Positions 10,660-18,992 of a stretch of DNA of 64,000 nucleotides are shown one piece after another. A program made the translations under genes and the position numbers. Below the pieces are notes generated by a model. It was not told the DNA's origin, did no database searches, and saw only the letters and a list, made by a program, of their open reading frames with translations. Each line of letters opens with the position of its first letter. Within the stretch, counting starts at the first letter, position 1. Source of the stretch: a plasmid; the sequence record NZ_CP118109.1; one strand, given 5' to 3'.

Positions 10660-11094
10660 TCAGTAGGCTTTAGATGCCCCGCGCGCATGCCTGTACATAA
10701 TGGCAGAAGCCGTGTTTCTCGCATTGGATGCATTCTGCATACCCGTCTGTTGCATATACATTTGCCCTTCATTCTGCGCGAAGCCGCCTCCAAACATAGA
10801 GGACTTCTGACGAATACCAGCCTTAGCCGCATCGGTCATCCGGATGATCTCAGGCGTCATAGATACGCCTGCCATAACCCCCATTGTAAGGAACCCACCG
10901 GGCATAAGGTTCCACGCGGCGTTAGTCAAAGCTGCTTTACCAATTGCGACAGCTGCATTCTCTCCATCTTTAATCCGAGAAACAGCATCAACTGCAACCA
11001 TCCCGGCACCGAATGCACGGGCTATCTTTCCTTCTTTTCTTATCTGATTGACGCCTTGACCAGGCGGCAACGCTTGTGTTGTCATATTGGACAT
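10660..11094 (-). CDS. Gly/Ala/Met-rich small protein, family member 3 (144 aa)
   Basis: Gly/Ala-rich hydrophobic core AFGAGMVAVDA...MPGGFLTMGVMAGVSM. Same tandem array. Confidence 0.5.
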   Translation of the reverse strand: MSNMTTQALPPGQGVNQIRKEGKIARAFGAGMVAVDAVSRIKDGENAAVAIGKAALTNAAWNLMPGGFLTMGVMAGVSMTPEIIRMTDAAKAGIRQKSSMFGGGFAQNEGQMYMQQTGMQNASNARNTASAIMYRHARGASKAY

Positions 11095-11098
11095 CTAC

Positions 11099-11458
11099 CT
11101 AGCCTCCATGCCTTAAATTGTGCAGGGCAAATACTAGGTCGCCTCTCGCAGCCAGATCTTGATTGCCGGCAGGATCGCCTAGATATCCCATGCCATCCGA
11201 TCTTGTCCCAGGAAGCGACATAATCCCCCGATCATCCATAGCATCCATTGCATTTCGATTACCTGCTTCGGACTGTCCATTTATAACCTGATATCCGCCG
11301 TAAGCTCCCATTCCTGTAAGGGCTACCGCCTTTCCTTTTCTGGATAGTCCAAATCCTGTATACAGGTTATTGATGCTTCGCTGAGTGTTCTTCTCAAACA
11401 TCGAAGGGACTTGTTTCCCTATATATTTGCCCACGTTTACAGCGCCTCTGACATACAT
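11099..11458 (-). CDS. Gly-rich small protein, family member 4 (119 aa)
   Basis: Gly-rich (ALTGMGAYGGYQV...). 4-nt spacing to member 3. Confidence 0.5.
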   Translation of the reverse strand: MYVRGAVNVGKYIGKQVPSMFEKNTQRSINNLYTGFGLSRKGKAVALTGMGAYGGYQVINGQSEAGNRNAMDAMDDRGIMSLPGTRSDGMGYLGDPAGNQDLAARGDLVFALHNLRHGG

Positions 11459-11469
11459 GTTCTCACCTC

Positions 11470-12210
11470 CTATTCGATAGGTTCGACTTCAATTGGCGTG
11501 ATATCGATCGGCTCGTTATTGCCTCTCATCTTCTCGTAATATCTTCGTTCCGCCTCATCCTCATTTTCCATGTGAGCGTCCATATCATCGTTTACCTTGA
11601 CCATCTGTGAAGCTCTCGAAGCCGGATCAAGTTCAACTGTAACCTTCGTCCCTTGCTTATCACGGCGCGTACTGTTCAAGAGCTGCAGTGTCTTGTTCTT
11701 GCTGTTTCTCAGCTTCTCTTTATACTCGACTACGGGATGCAATTCTTTCTTCACTAGCGCATCTCCGTCTTCTGTCATACCCACCACGTTCTCTATGATG
11801 AAGTCCGCATCGATTGCCATCTTGTTATCACATCTAAGCAGGGATACATCAATATCAACGAGTTCTTTAACCATGATGAGATCGACCGTATTTTTCGGAT
11901 CCTCTCGATCAATCTTGAGGTCTGTGCAGTATCGGTCAAAGAGATCTTCAATCGCAGCAATCTCAATAGGACACTTCTCGCCAAAGGGTGCCATTTGCAT
12001 TTGCATGAGAGGGCAAGACTCACGATAAGGGCAGGATTCTGCTTTACAGATGATTGGCACGGATGCATATAGCCCATGCTTTGTACTGCGAAGCCTGCGG
12101 GCGACATCTATCGCCTGTATAGCGGCAGGATTCTGTGTCCAAGCCGTAGGATTCAGGTTTTGAGAGACGACCATCTTCCCGGCTTCGGTACGAGGTCCAG
12201 TATTAGACAT
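11470..12210 (-). CDS. hypothetical protein with Cys cluster and acidic tail (possible small terminase / DNA-binding), 246 aa
   Basis: CKAESCPYRESCP...EKCP Cys cluster and acidic C-terminus. Located upstream of the packaging module. No confident motif. Confidence 0.45.
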   Translation of the reverse strand: MSNTGPRTEAGKMVVSQNLNPTAWTQNPAAIQAIDVARRLRSTKHGLYASVPIICKAESCPYRESCPLMQMQMAPFGEKCPIEIAAIEDLFDRYCTDLKIDREDPKNTVDLIMVKELVDIDVSLLRCDNKMAIDADFIIENVVGMTEDGDALVKKELHPVVEYKEKLRNSKNKTLQLLNSTRRDKQGTKVTVELDPASRASQMVKVNDDMDAHMENEDEAERRYYEKMRGNNEPIDITPIEVEPIE

Positions 12211-12213
12211 AGG

Positions 12214-12579
12214 TCACTCTCCCTCTGGAATGACGCCACAAATCTCCATGACATTCTTCCATTTCTCTTCTGTGCTATGTCCATCCCAGTTAGGCTTGAT
12301 CTCTGGCAGTGTGCCGACATCAAAGCTGTCTGGAATATGGAATGTAATCGATCCGTTGTTGATGGAAATGACACGAAGCCATCCTTCCCAATTATTATCT
12401 GTATCGTAGTACCATCCACATGGATAATAATCAGGTGTAACCTCCGACATTCCCCAAGCATTGCGAACAGTGTCATTCATATAGTTAGCCAGCAATAACG
12501 CCAGCATATTTCTTTCCCAGTAGGCTCCGTCCTTTGTTTCCTCCAGACTCATGCCCTCTTTCCAAACATATGGCTTCAT
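12214..12579 (-). CDS. hypothetical protein, 121 aa
   Basis: ORF with 4-nt gap to the downstream gene. Trp-rich, no motif. Confidence 0.45.
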   Translation of the reverse strand: MKPYVWKEGMSLEETKDGAYWERNMLALLLANYMNDTVRNAWGMSEVTPDYYPCGWYYDTDNNWEGWLRVISINNGSITFHIPDSFDVGTLPEIKPNWDGHSTEEKWKNVMEICGVIPEGE

Positions 12580-12602
12580 AACTTTTCCTCCTTGTAAGTA
12601 CG

Positions 12603-12634
12603 AAAAAAGGGGTAGATCTAATGACCCCTTGACC
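12603..12634 (-). terminator. rho-independent terminator after the par-like operon (minus strand)
   Basis: Minus-strand reading AGGGGTcattagatctACCCCT followed by TTTTTTCG. Confidence 0.55.
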
Positions 12635-12796
12635 CCGATCGGTACTGTTTGGGCAGTCTATCCCCTTAGCTTAATTGTACAGGCTCTGGTATTTTCAGGA
12701 CATTTGCGCCTATGAATGCACAAAAAAATAGAGCCCCATGAAGGGACCCTATCTTGTGTAATTCTATTTGATTTCATTTAATTCCGCTAGAAAGCG

Positions 12797-12973
12797 TTAT
12801 TTTCCTTCGTTTTGCTCCGATTCAATAGCTTTCGATAATAATCGTCTGGCTTCTGTTGCCCAATCACCTGGCTTGATCTTATCGAAATGATCTTTAATAT
12901 CTGTATCGACATCACGAATGATGACTTGGACTTTCGGCACCTTCCGTGCTTTCGTCTCTCTTTCTTCAGCCAT
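12797..12973 (-). CDS. small basic DNA-binding adaptor (ParR-like), 58 aa, not in the ORF track
   Basis: ATG overlaps the actin-like gene stop (TAATG). Translation MAEERETKARKVPKVQVIIRDVDTDIKDHFDKIKPGDWATEARRLLSKAIESEQNEGK. Order matches ParM then ParR. Confidence 0.45.
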   Translation of the reverse strand: MAEERETKARKVPKVQVIIRDVDTDIKDHFDKIKPGDWATEARRLLSKAIESEQNEGK

Positions 12974-14166
12974 TACGCTGCCTCGCTTTCGAATATATCT
13001 TTGATGAATCTTTCATAAACCTGCTCAAAGTTCAGACTGCCATCTTCCTGTTCCTTGACTTGGTTCATTGCCGCACGAATATAGAATCCATATACGTTCG
13101 CCATTTGCGGGTCGTCCACTACGGAGAAGGCTTGTACCTTACGCTTCGCAAACTCTTCTTTCAAGAAGTCTTGGAAGATATGTGCGCCCCCGCCTGAAAG
13201 CAAGATGATCTTCACACGGTTCGCATGCTGACCCCAAGACGTAATAACCTCATTTGCGATGACTGCAGAGATCTCCTTCGCGGCTTCTTCTACAAGATGA
13301 TACAGATTATGAGAAGCGCCATTGAACTCGATTTCTTCTCCACGAACGACTGAATCTAGTTCGTCATCCGTTGGGCTGTAAGCAACCCCAAACTCGTTAT
13401 CAAAGTGAATAGCCATACTCACTTTGAGTCGCTTGTACAGCTCAGCAGTCGCAAGTGTCGATCCATAAGTTCCCTCTTCCTCTACATATACGCCTTCGGA
13501 GAATAATGCATAATCTGTAGTGAGGTGCCCGATATCAACGATAGCAGTCAAAGCTCTGTAGAGCGTAGTCGTCAAAAGACCTTCTTTTGTGAAAGCGAAT
13601 TGTGTAGATGTTACACTTCCCTCTGGCTGTCTCAAGATTTCATATCCAATAACATTAATTTTCTTAGTGATTGTTTTTCCATAACCAAGGTAGATCACAA
13701 TTTCAAAACTTTGGTTTATGTACTCTTCCAACCGTGTGCGAATACCTTTATCGAAATCCTCATTCGGCAGACCAGTTGTTAAGTAGACATTATATTCTCC
13801 ATCTTCATGAGGAACACATAGTGCAAGATTGGTTTCAAACATAACTCTGAATGATGGATCGGATGCACGGTCATGATTGGTTGTCCGACTTGTAACCAGA
13901 AGCTTATTACTCTTCATTGCCTGTTCGCCTACATGATAGAAACCGTCAGTAGTCTTCACCATCAAGCGAGATTCATCGACTTCTGTGTGCTTAAAGGAAT
14001 TAGCGAACTTTTCATTTGTAGGCATGACAGTACTCGGTATGACACCGAACATGCCTAAGCTCGACATGCGCTTGCTTCCATTAAAACCAATATCAATTGC
14101 TGCAAGCTCAAAATCAAATAAGTCTTCTAGCTTTAACTTCAAATCTTTCACTTTTTTCACCGCCAT
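12973..14166 (-). CDS. actin-like ATPase (ParM/Alp-type segregation protein)
   Basis: Actin-fold motifs: phosphate-1 AIDIGFNGSK, phosphate-2 IVDIGHLTTDYALF, adenosine motif ILLSGGGA. 397 aa. GGAGG RBS. Confidence 0.8.
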   Translation of the reverse strand: MAVKKVKDLKLKLEDLFDFELAAIDIGFNGSKRMSSLGMFGVIPSTVMPTNEKFANSFKHTEVDESRLMVKTTDGFYHVGEQAMKSNKLLVTSRTTNHDRASDPSFRVMFETNLALCVPHEDGEYNVYLTTGLPNEDFDKGIRTRLEEYINQSFEIVIYLGYGKTITKKINVIGYEILRQPEGSVTSTQFAFTKEGLLTTTLYRALTAIVDIGHLTTDYALFSEGVYVEEEGTYGSTLATAELYKRLKVSMAIHFDNEFGVAYSPTDDELDSVVRGEEIEFNGASHNLYHLVEEAAKEISAVIANEVITSWGQHANRVKIILLSGGGAHIFQDFLKEEFAKRKVQAFSVVDDPQMANVYGFYIRAAMNQVKEQEDGSLNFEQVYERFIKDIFESEAA

Positions 14167-14187
14167 GATTGTTTTCCTCCTAATTCG

Positions 14188-14213
14188 ACATGTTATATCA
14201 TATTATAACATGT
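14188..14213. promoter_or_regulatory. perfect 10-bp inverted repeat ACATGTTATA-N6-TATAACATGT, 20-50 nt upstream of the actin-like gene start (candidate parC-like operator/centromere)
   Basis: Read directly. Arms are exact reverse complements. Confidence 0.5.
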
Positions 14214-14742
14214 TCTGATGTATTCTCTCGTAAACGATCATAACATATTTAATAGATACCAAGCAACCCTTAATTTGGACAACAAAAAAAGCAGCAGGTG
14301 TGCCGCCCGCCGCTTTTCGAACAAGTGAAGCTGTATGAGGTTGGAGATCTCACGTATCCTTCGCTGAGTTATATTTTAAGCCATTTGGCAAAAAATATCA
14401 AGAACGTATGTTCTCTTTTTGTGATTTCTTTTCACAGAAAAGGCTTCAAGACCGTTGCCAACGTTTCAACATATGATTTCAACACTGGAGGTGTAATTTT
14501 AACAGATAGAGGGTGGCAGTCCTATGACCTGTTGGCTATTTACTTGAAGCCCTTTTCTCTAAAAAGAGTATTGGCATACTCCGGATTATTTTTTTGTAGG
14601 AGGTGTCGTGAGCCCATGCTAAGCATCACGATTAATCCGGAGCAAACCATACTGTGTCCAGTCAGCTATTTTGAGGAGAGCTGCTGCAGTCATCTGCCAA
14701 GTCGGGTCTGTGTTCTCGACTTGAGTTTATTCTATACGATAA

Positions 14743-14756
14743 TGTAATGCATTACA
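14743..14756. promoter_or_regulatory. palindrome TGTAATGCATTACA (family copy 3) with TATA-rich boxes 6-7 nt away on both sides
   Basis: Exact 14-bp palindrome in the 690-bp intergenic region between 14166 and 14855. Confidence 0.5.
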
Positions 14757-14854
14757 ATATGATTATATATTATTTCACGCGTTTTCTCTCTTTTTTTCTT
14801 TGACGCTTTTGATTTTGCTCTATGATGTACGTTTCCTCTTGATGTGTCGCTTTC

Positions 14855-15712
14855 TTATCCGTTATTACCTGGGGTGCTGTTGCCGATGTCACTAGCAGCA
14901 ATAGTATCGCCAAGGAGCATTTGTCTCGCCTCTTCAGTCGTTTGAAAACTCGCATTTAATCTCCGTCCTCTTCCATGTCTTATTCCATTGAATTTCCGCG
15001 CCCTTGCAAGGTCACATTCGATCTGTAAAGCAATTTGCTCTGCATCCATAAATAGCTCTCCATAACTAGATGGAGCTCTTGGAGAAGGCATGATAAAGGT
15101 CTGGACTTCATGATTTCCGATTCGTGGTTTTATTCGATGACCAAAAAACTTCTTAAACGTGTTATCCAGCAATGCTGTATATGTGGACACCATAATAACA
15201 TCAGCATAGATCATAACTTGTTCCAGCCAGCTTGAATGGATCATCATAGAGTCTGCTTCATCGAATATAACCAAGCAATCGTTTAGTTCTTGTGGTGAAT
15301 ATTCCCCGATCTTCATCTCGAAAGATATCGTCCTACCATTTTCCAAGGAGAACCCATTGGATGTATAATCGTATTGGATTCCATCCTGAATAAGGCGTGA
15401 CCTTATCATATCTCTATGGGCTTGTGATGAAGCAACATACCGATCAAATACAACAACGTTCTTGTTTGACCTGATTACCTTTTCACTTAAGGCAGTAGTC
15501 TTCCCTGCTCTCCTGTGAGCAACGACCGCAATATGGCCGTTATCGCACTCATGGAACAGTCTCCAGCGTTCTTGATAGTCAGACTCTTGGACGACGATAG
15601 GTTCTCCTGTTGCCCTTGATACCCTTTGCAAATATTCCATCAATAGCTCCAAGTGTTGTCCCTCCCTTCTCAAGCTCTCTGAAACGAGGAACAACCTCAC
15701 CTTCGTACTCAA
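14855..15712 (-). CDS. P-loop NTPase resembling a terminase-type ATPase domain without nuclease domain, 285 aa
   Basis: Walker A VVAHRRAGKTTA, Walker B LVIFDEAD. No C-terminal nuclease region. Confidence 0.55.
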   Translation of the reverse strand: MSTKVRLFLVSESLRREGQHLELLMEYLQRVSRATGEPIVVQESDYQERWRLFHECDNGHIAVVAHRRAGKTTALSEKVIRSNKNVVVFDRYVASSQAHRDMIRSRLIQDGIQYDYTSNGFSLENGRTISFEMKIGEYSPQELNDCLVIFDEADSMMIHSSWLEQVMIYADVIMVSTYTALLDNTFKKFFGHRIKPRIGNHEVQTFIMPSPRAPSSYGELFMDAEQIALQIECDLARARKFNGIRHGRGRRLNASFQTTEEARQMLLGDTIAASDIGNSTPGNNG

Positions 15713-15887
15713 TAGGATTGTGCCATTCTAACAGTGGGCGATAAAATTTCTGATCAGGCTCGTCCTCACGATAGTACCAGACTGCTTTTCCATCCTCATG
15801 ACGACTTGCATCAATACCTATGTCAGATATGACATATAGTCCACCTTTGTAGTGCTGCCACCTTGATCCGATCTTCGGGGTTCTCAT
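15579..15887 (-). CDS. DUF1653-like small protein
   Basis: Motif WQHYKGGLYVIS...VWYYRED...FYRPLLEW matches the RHYKGGLYEV-type DUF1653 signature. Overlaps the start region of the downstream ATPase gene. Confidence 0.55.
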   Translation of the reverse strand: MRTPKIGSRWQHYKGGLYVISDIGIDASRHEDGKAVWYYREDEPDQKFYRPLLEWHNPIEYEGEVVPRFRELEKGGTTLGAIDGIFAKGIKGNRRTYRRPRV

Positions 15888-16084
15888 ATACTTTCACCTC
15901 CTAGGTCAGACACGTCCAGCTTAGTTTCAAAGGTTATATACTTCATGGGCTGTGCCCTTACAATGTCTAGCTGCCAAGCTCCTGATTCGCAATACATGAT
16001 AATCCTGTCGCCTTCTGCAACTATAGACTCTAAGCCAGGGAAGCTTTCGTCTAAAGCCTTCAGGACTTGATTTGCTATTTTCAT
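15884..16084 (-). CDS. hypothetical protein, 66 aa
   Basis: ATGA-type overlap with neighbours in a co-oriented operon. Confidence 0.4.
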   Translation of the reverse strand: MKIANQVLKALDESFPGLESIVAEGDRIIMYCESGAWQLDIVRAQPMKYITFETKLDVSDLGGESI

Positions 16085-16467
16085 AACTGCAGGTCCTCCC
16101 TAGCCAATTGCCAATCTCTCGCAAGCAAGTCTTCGTCTGTAAGGCTATAGCTTTTCCATCTCTGCAGCTCTTCTTTGAACATCAGGCGACCTTCGATATA
16201 CCTGTACCTTTTTCCAAGCTGTCCGCTTCTCTTTAACTTGTATCCGTTCGTAAGCATACGTATGGCAATACTAGTATCGAATGATTCCATATACTGAATA
16301 TCCACTTCTTCTGGAATAATCATGAGTGGTCTGCCTTGACCGAATCTCATTTTCCATTTGTCCGCCATTTCTTTTGCTTCTTTAAACGGCATCGAACTTG
16401 GTATCTGCATTATATAGATACCGTTAAGAGAATAAACATTATCGATGTACTTCTGCATCAGCTCCAC
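16081..16467 (-). CDS. hypothetical protein, 128 aa
   Basis: Operon member with 4-nt overlaps. Confidence 0.45.
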   Translation of the reverse strand: MELMQKYIDNVYSLNGIYIMQIPSSMPFKEAKEMADKWKMRFGQGRPLMIIPEEVDIQYMESFDTSIAIRMLTNGYKLKRSGQLGKRYRYIEGRLMFKEELQRWKSYSLTDEDLLARDWQLAREDLQL

Positions 16468-16777
16468 TTTCGCGAAACCTCCTTATCTTGTATGAGGCGC
16501 CATAGAAGTCTGGATTAGGAAGCATCATCAATTGGAATGTCCTCATAATGTTTTCCCTGTTGGCTTTCAACGTTTTACAATTTCTTATCTTCTTATCCGT
16601 GAAGTAATAGAATATGTCTCCGCCATCAGTTTCTCTACATCTCACACTGAATAGATGATCACCTGATTCAGCGATCTCTCCGGGTTGAATGTAGTAGACA
16701 ACGTCTGCAAGATTAAGCCACTTGCTTCTCGACAGTTCCTCTTTCCATTTCTCTGAATAGACCTTCATCAATTCCAA
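16439..16777 (-). CDS. hypothetical protein, 112 aa
   Basis: Operon member. Confidence 0.45.
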   Translation of the reverse strand: MELMKVYSEKWKEELSRSKWLNLADVVYYIQPGEIAESGDHLFSVRCRETDGGDIFYYFTDKKIRNCKTLKANRENIMRTFQLMMLPNPDFYGASYKIRRFRESGADAEVHR

Positions 16778-17122
16778 CTAGGCCCCCGCCTTCCTCTTAG
16801 CCTTCATCTTTTGTTTCAAGCGGCAGGAATCACATGCCCTCTTTGTGCTGTTGTTCTCTTTCCCGCATATTGTGCATAGTCCATTTGCTAAACGATATGA
16901 TCGCTTCGCTCTGGCATAGTGCACAACGCATAGTCCTTTTGAGATGGGCTTCTTATGGCACCCTTCTTCGATACACTCCGTATGCTCGTACATCGGTCTC
17001 CCTGTTCCTGCTAACACAATGGTGGGATCGTTATGCCGCTTAATTCTTCTGTAATGCTTCCAGCAGTGCCCTTTTGCGATAACTTCTTTTCCACAACGAG
17101 GAAATTCGCATATGGCTTTCAT
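16778..17122 (-). CDS. Cys-rich putative zinc-binding protein with repeated CxxGC...GLCxxHYxR modules
   Basis: CEFPRCGKEV..GHCWKHYRRIKRHNDPT, CIEEGCHKKPISKGLCVVHYARAKR, CTICGK...CDSC. Confidence 0.5.
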   Translation of the reverse strand: MKAICEFPRCGKEVIAKGHCWKHYRRIKRHNDPTIVLAGTGRPMYEHTECIEEGCHKKPISKGLCVVHYARAKRSYRLANGLCTICGKENNSTKRACDSCRLKQKMKAKRKAGA

Positions 17123-17322
17123 TTCATTACGTCTTCCTGCTGATAGACTATAGATTGTTGCGCTTCTCCCACCGTCTGCAAGCTATCTCCTTGAACATAG
17201 ACCGCATACGTATTTCGATCTATTGAATCCATCTCAATCCCAATGATTGAGATTCCCTCCTTAAGATGAAGCGCTTGCTCGAGCACTTCTTTCGTCACAA
17301 CAATCTTTCCTTGCTTTTTCAT
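17119..17322 (-). CDS. hypothetical protein, 67 aa
   Basis: Operon member with overlapping start/stop. Confidence 0.4.
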   Translation of the reverse strand: MKKQGKIVVTKEVLEQALHLKEGISIIGIEMDSIDRNTYAVYVQGDSLQTVGEAQQSIVYQQEDVMK

Positions 17323-17696
17323 TATTTGCTTGCCTCCAATTTATGTTCGTCTTCTTCTGCGCGCTTTTTAAGATAATGCCTCCTGCATAGCTTTCTTGCT
17401 AGAGCTGGTTTGCTGCACCCCTCTTCAATACATTCGCAATCGTTATTGGACTTGCCACCGATCATGTATTGATTACATCCCATTTCTTTTCTTCGATTCT
17501 TTGCATAGCAATTAGGGCAGAGGCCGAGCGCTTTCACTTTGTTAATACCACATGCTGAGCAAGACTTTGGTCTATCATAATCTTGCTTCTCGTATGTTGG
17601 GTCTCCGTATAGCCATTTCCTCCGATAGTGTTTTGCACAAAGCCCTGTTGATCTAACATGCTCGTTGCATCCTTCAATCGCGCATTCTTTTGACAT
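17322..17696 (-). CDS. Cys-rich putative zinc-binding protein, paralog of 16778..17122
   Basis: CAIEGCNEHVRSTGLCAKHYRRKWLYGDPT, CSACGINKVKALGLCPNCYAKNRR, CIEEGCSKPALARKLCRRHYLKKR. Confidence 0.5.
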   Translation of the reverse strand: MSKECAIEGCNEHVRSTGLCAKHYRRKWLYGDPTYEKQDYDRPKSCSACGINKVKALGLCPNCYAKNRRKEMGCNQYMIGGKSNNDCECIEEGCSKPALARKLCRRHYLKKRAEEDEHKLEASK

Positions 17697-17729
17697 TACA
17701 TAGCTCTCCTCAGTACATGCGTGTTTGTA

Positions 17730-18260
17730 TTATTTTTTGTTTACGAATCCCGTTGCTACGTTTAAACCTATTAGCATATCAGGGTTCACGCCTTCATCAA
17801 ATACAACAGGAGTATCTTGGTCAAACCCTTTCACACTTGCATCGAAAACCGACATAATGCGATCATATTTTGATTGTTCTTTTAATGCCTCTGCAATACT
17901 TCTGTGTCTTACAACAACGATACCTTCGATATCTTTAGCAAACTCAATCAAAGCAGTTGTTTTTCCGACTTGTCTGAGATATTCATCGACATAAATATAA
18001 TTATGATTTTCGGCAGCGTGAAGTAATTTATTCTTGATCGTCATGAGCATCATGGGCCTCAAAGCTTCTCGCAGATCGTCCGACTTCTTCTCTTCTTTTT
18101 TAATTAAATCAAATGACTTTTCAATCGTGCCGCTATCTCCTTCGTGTTTTTCAATAGCTAACATAATCTGCCCATTTGTAGGATACTGTTCGAATGGTCC
18201 TTCTGTTTTGATATAACCGCCGTCTTTTGATATGTGTATTAAGAATGTTTCTTTTAACAT
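17730..18260 (-). CDS. small P-loop ATPase, 176 aa
   Basis: Walker A LRQVGKTTALIEFAKD. First gene of the minus-strand operon, downstream of the palindrome at 18305. Confidence 0.5.
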   Translation of the reverse strand: MLKETFLIHISKDGGYIKTEGPFEQYPTNGQIMLAIEKHEGDSGTIEKSFDLIKKEEKKSDDLREALRPMMLMTIKNKLLHAAENHNYIYVDEYLRQVGKTTALIEFAKDIEGIVVVRHRSIAEALKEQSKYDRIMSVFDASVKGFDQDTPVVFDEGVNPDMLIGLNVATGFVNKK

Positions 18261-18304
18261 GGATAATCATTCCTTTTTTATTTTTTTATTTTCTATACTC
18301 AAAT

Positions 18305-18318
18305 TGTAATGCGTTACA
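18305..18318. promoter_or_regulatory. palindrome TGTAATGCGTTACA (family copy 4) in the divergent control region
   Basis: 46 nt upstream of the minus-strand gene start at 18260, 185 nt upstream of plus-strand 18504. TTGACA at 18326. Confidence 0.5.
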
Positions 18319-18503
18319 TTTTATTTGACAACAATTAAATTTTCTATAGGGGGCAATTTTCTATAAAAAAATTTTTGCGTGGGGTACCTAGTTGTTTATT
18401 GTTGGCTGATGGTAGCGTTCGACGCCCCACCCCCTCAACAATAAGCAACCACATTAGGGTTGGCAGTGATCCCAATCAAACTGCACATCGAAAGGAGTCT
18501 ATC

Positions 18504-18992
18504 ATGACTAACACATTATCAGCTATTGCTAACACTATGGGAGAGGACGCTGTTCTTAAGACTGCATCAGCTTTAGGTATTGCATGGAGAGTAACAAAGA
18601 ATGTAGCAGGCTTCGTATATAAGAACCTTATACATAAGCCTATTGTTAAGGCAGCTAATGTAATACGTAAGCATAAGTGGGAAACAGCTGCTACAGCAGC
18701 CTCTGCTGTAGTAGGTGGTGTAGCCACTACTAGCGTATGTGGTGCAGGGTTGATGGCTGCTGCTGTAGCTATGGTTGCTGTACTCACTATCCATTTCCTT
18801 ATTGCTAAGCGTAAGAAGCAGGCTATGGACTGGCGTAGAGCTATCTTATCAGCCATGGTATGCGGTCTTATAGCAGGGTTCCTGCCTGTAATATCTGTAT
18901 ACCTAACGATGTGGGCATGCATTGGTCTTGACTATGCATGGCTTGCATCTGCATATACGTATCTCTACACTGCTGCTTTGTTCGTGATCTAA
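18504..18992 (+). CDS. membrane protein (3-4 predicted TM helices), 162 aa
   Basis: AAAGGAG RBS then ATG 18504. Hydrophobic stretches VVGGVATTSVCGAGLMAAAVAMVAVLTIHFLI and AMVCGLIAGFLPVISVYLTMWACIGL. Confidence 0.5.
   Translation: MTNTLSAIANTMGEDAVLKTASALGIAWRVTKNVAGFVYKNLIHKPIVKAANVIRKHKWETAATAASAVVGGVATTSVCGAGLMAAAVAMVAVLTIHFLIAKRKKQAMDWRRAILSAMVCGLIAGFLPVISVYLTMWACIGLDYAWLASAYTYLYTAALFVI

Noticed and set aside
11470-12210. Calling 11470..12210 the small terminase subunit
   Set aside because: Only positional logic (upstream of the packaging genes) and a Cys cluster support it. Four unrelated Gly-rich genes separate it from terL. Left as hypothetical.
14281-14316. GC-rich segment aaaaaaagcagcaggtgtgccgcccgccgcttttcg as a terminator
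   Set aside because: No clean inverted repeat could be paired on either strand.
14298-14747. 149-aa plus-strand ORF in the 690-bp intergenic region between the par-like cassette and the ATPase gene
   Set aside because: Opposite to all flanking genes. No RBS. Spans the palindrome and a GC-rich hairpin. Region treated as regulatory non-coding, though a small RNA cannot be excluded.
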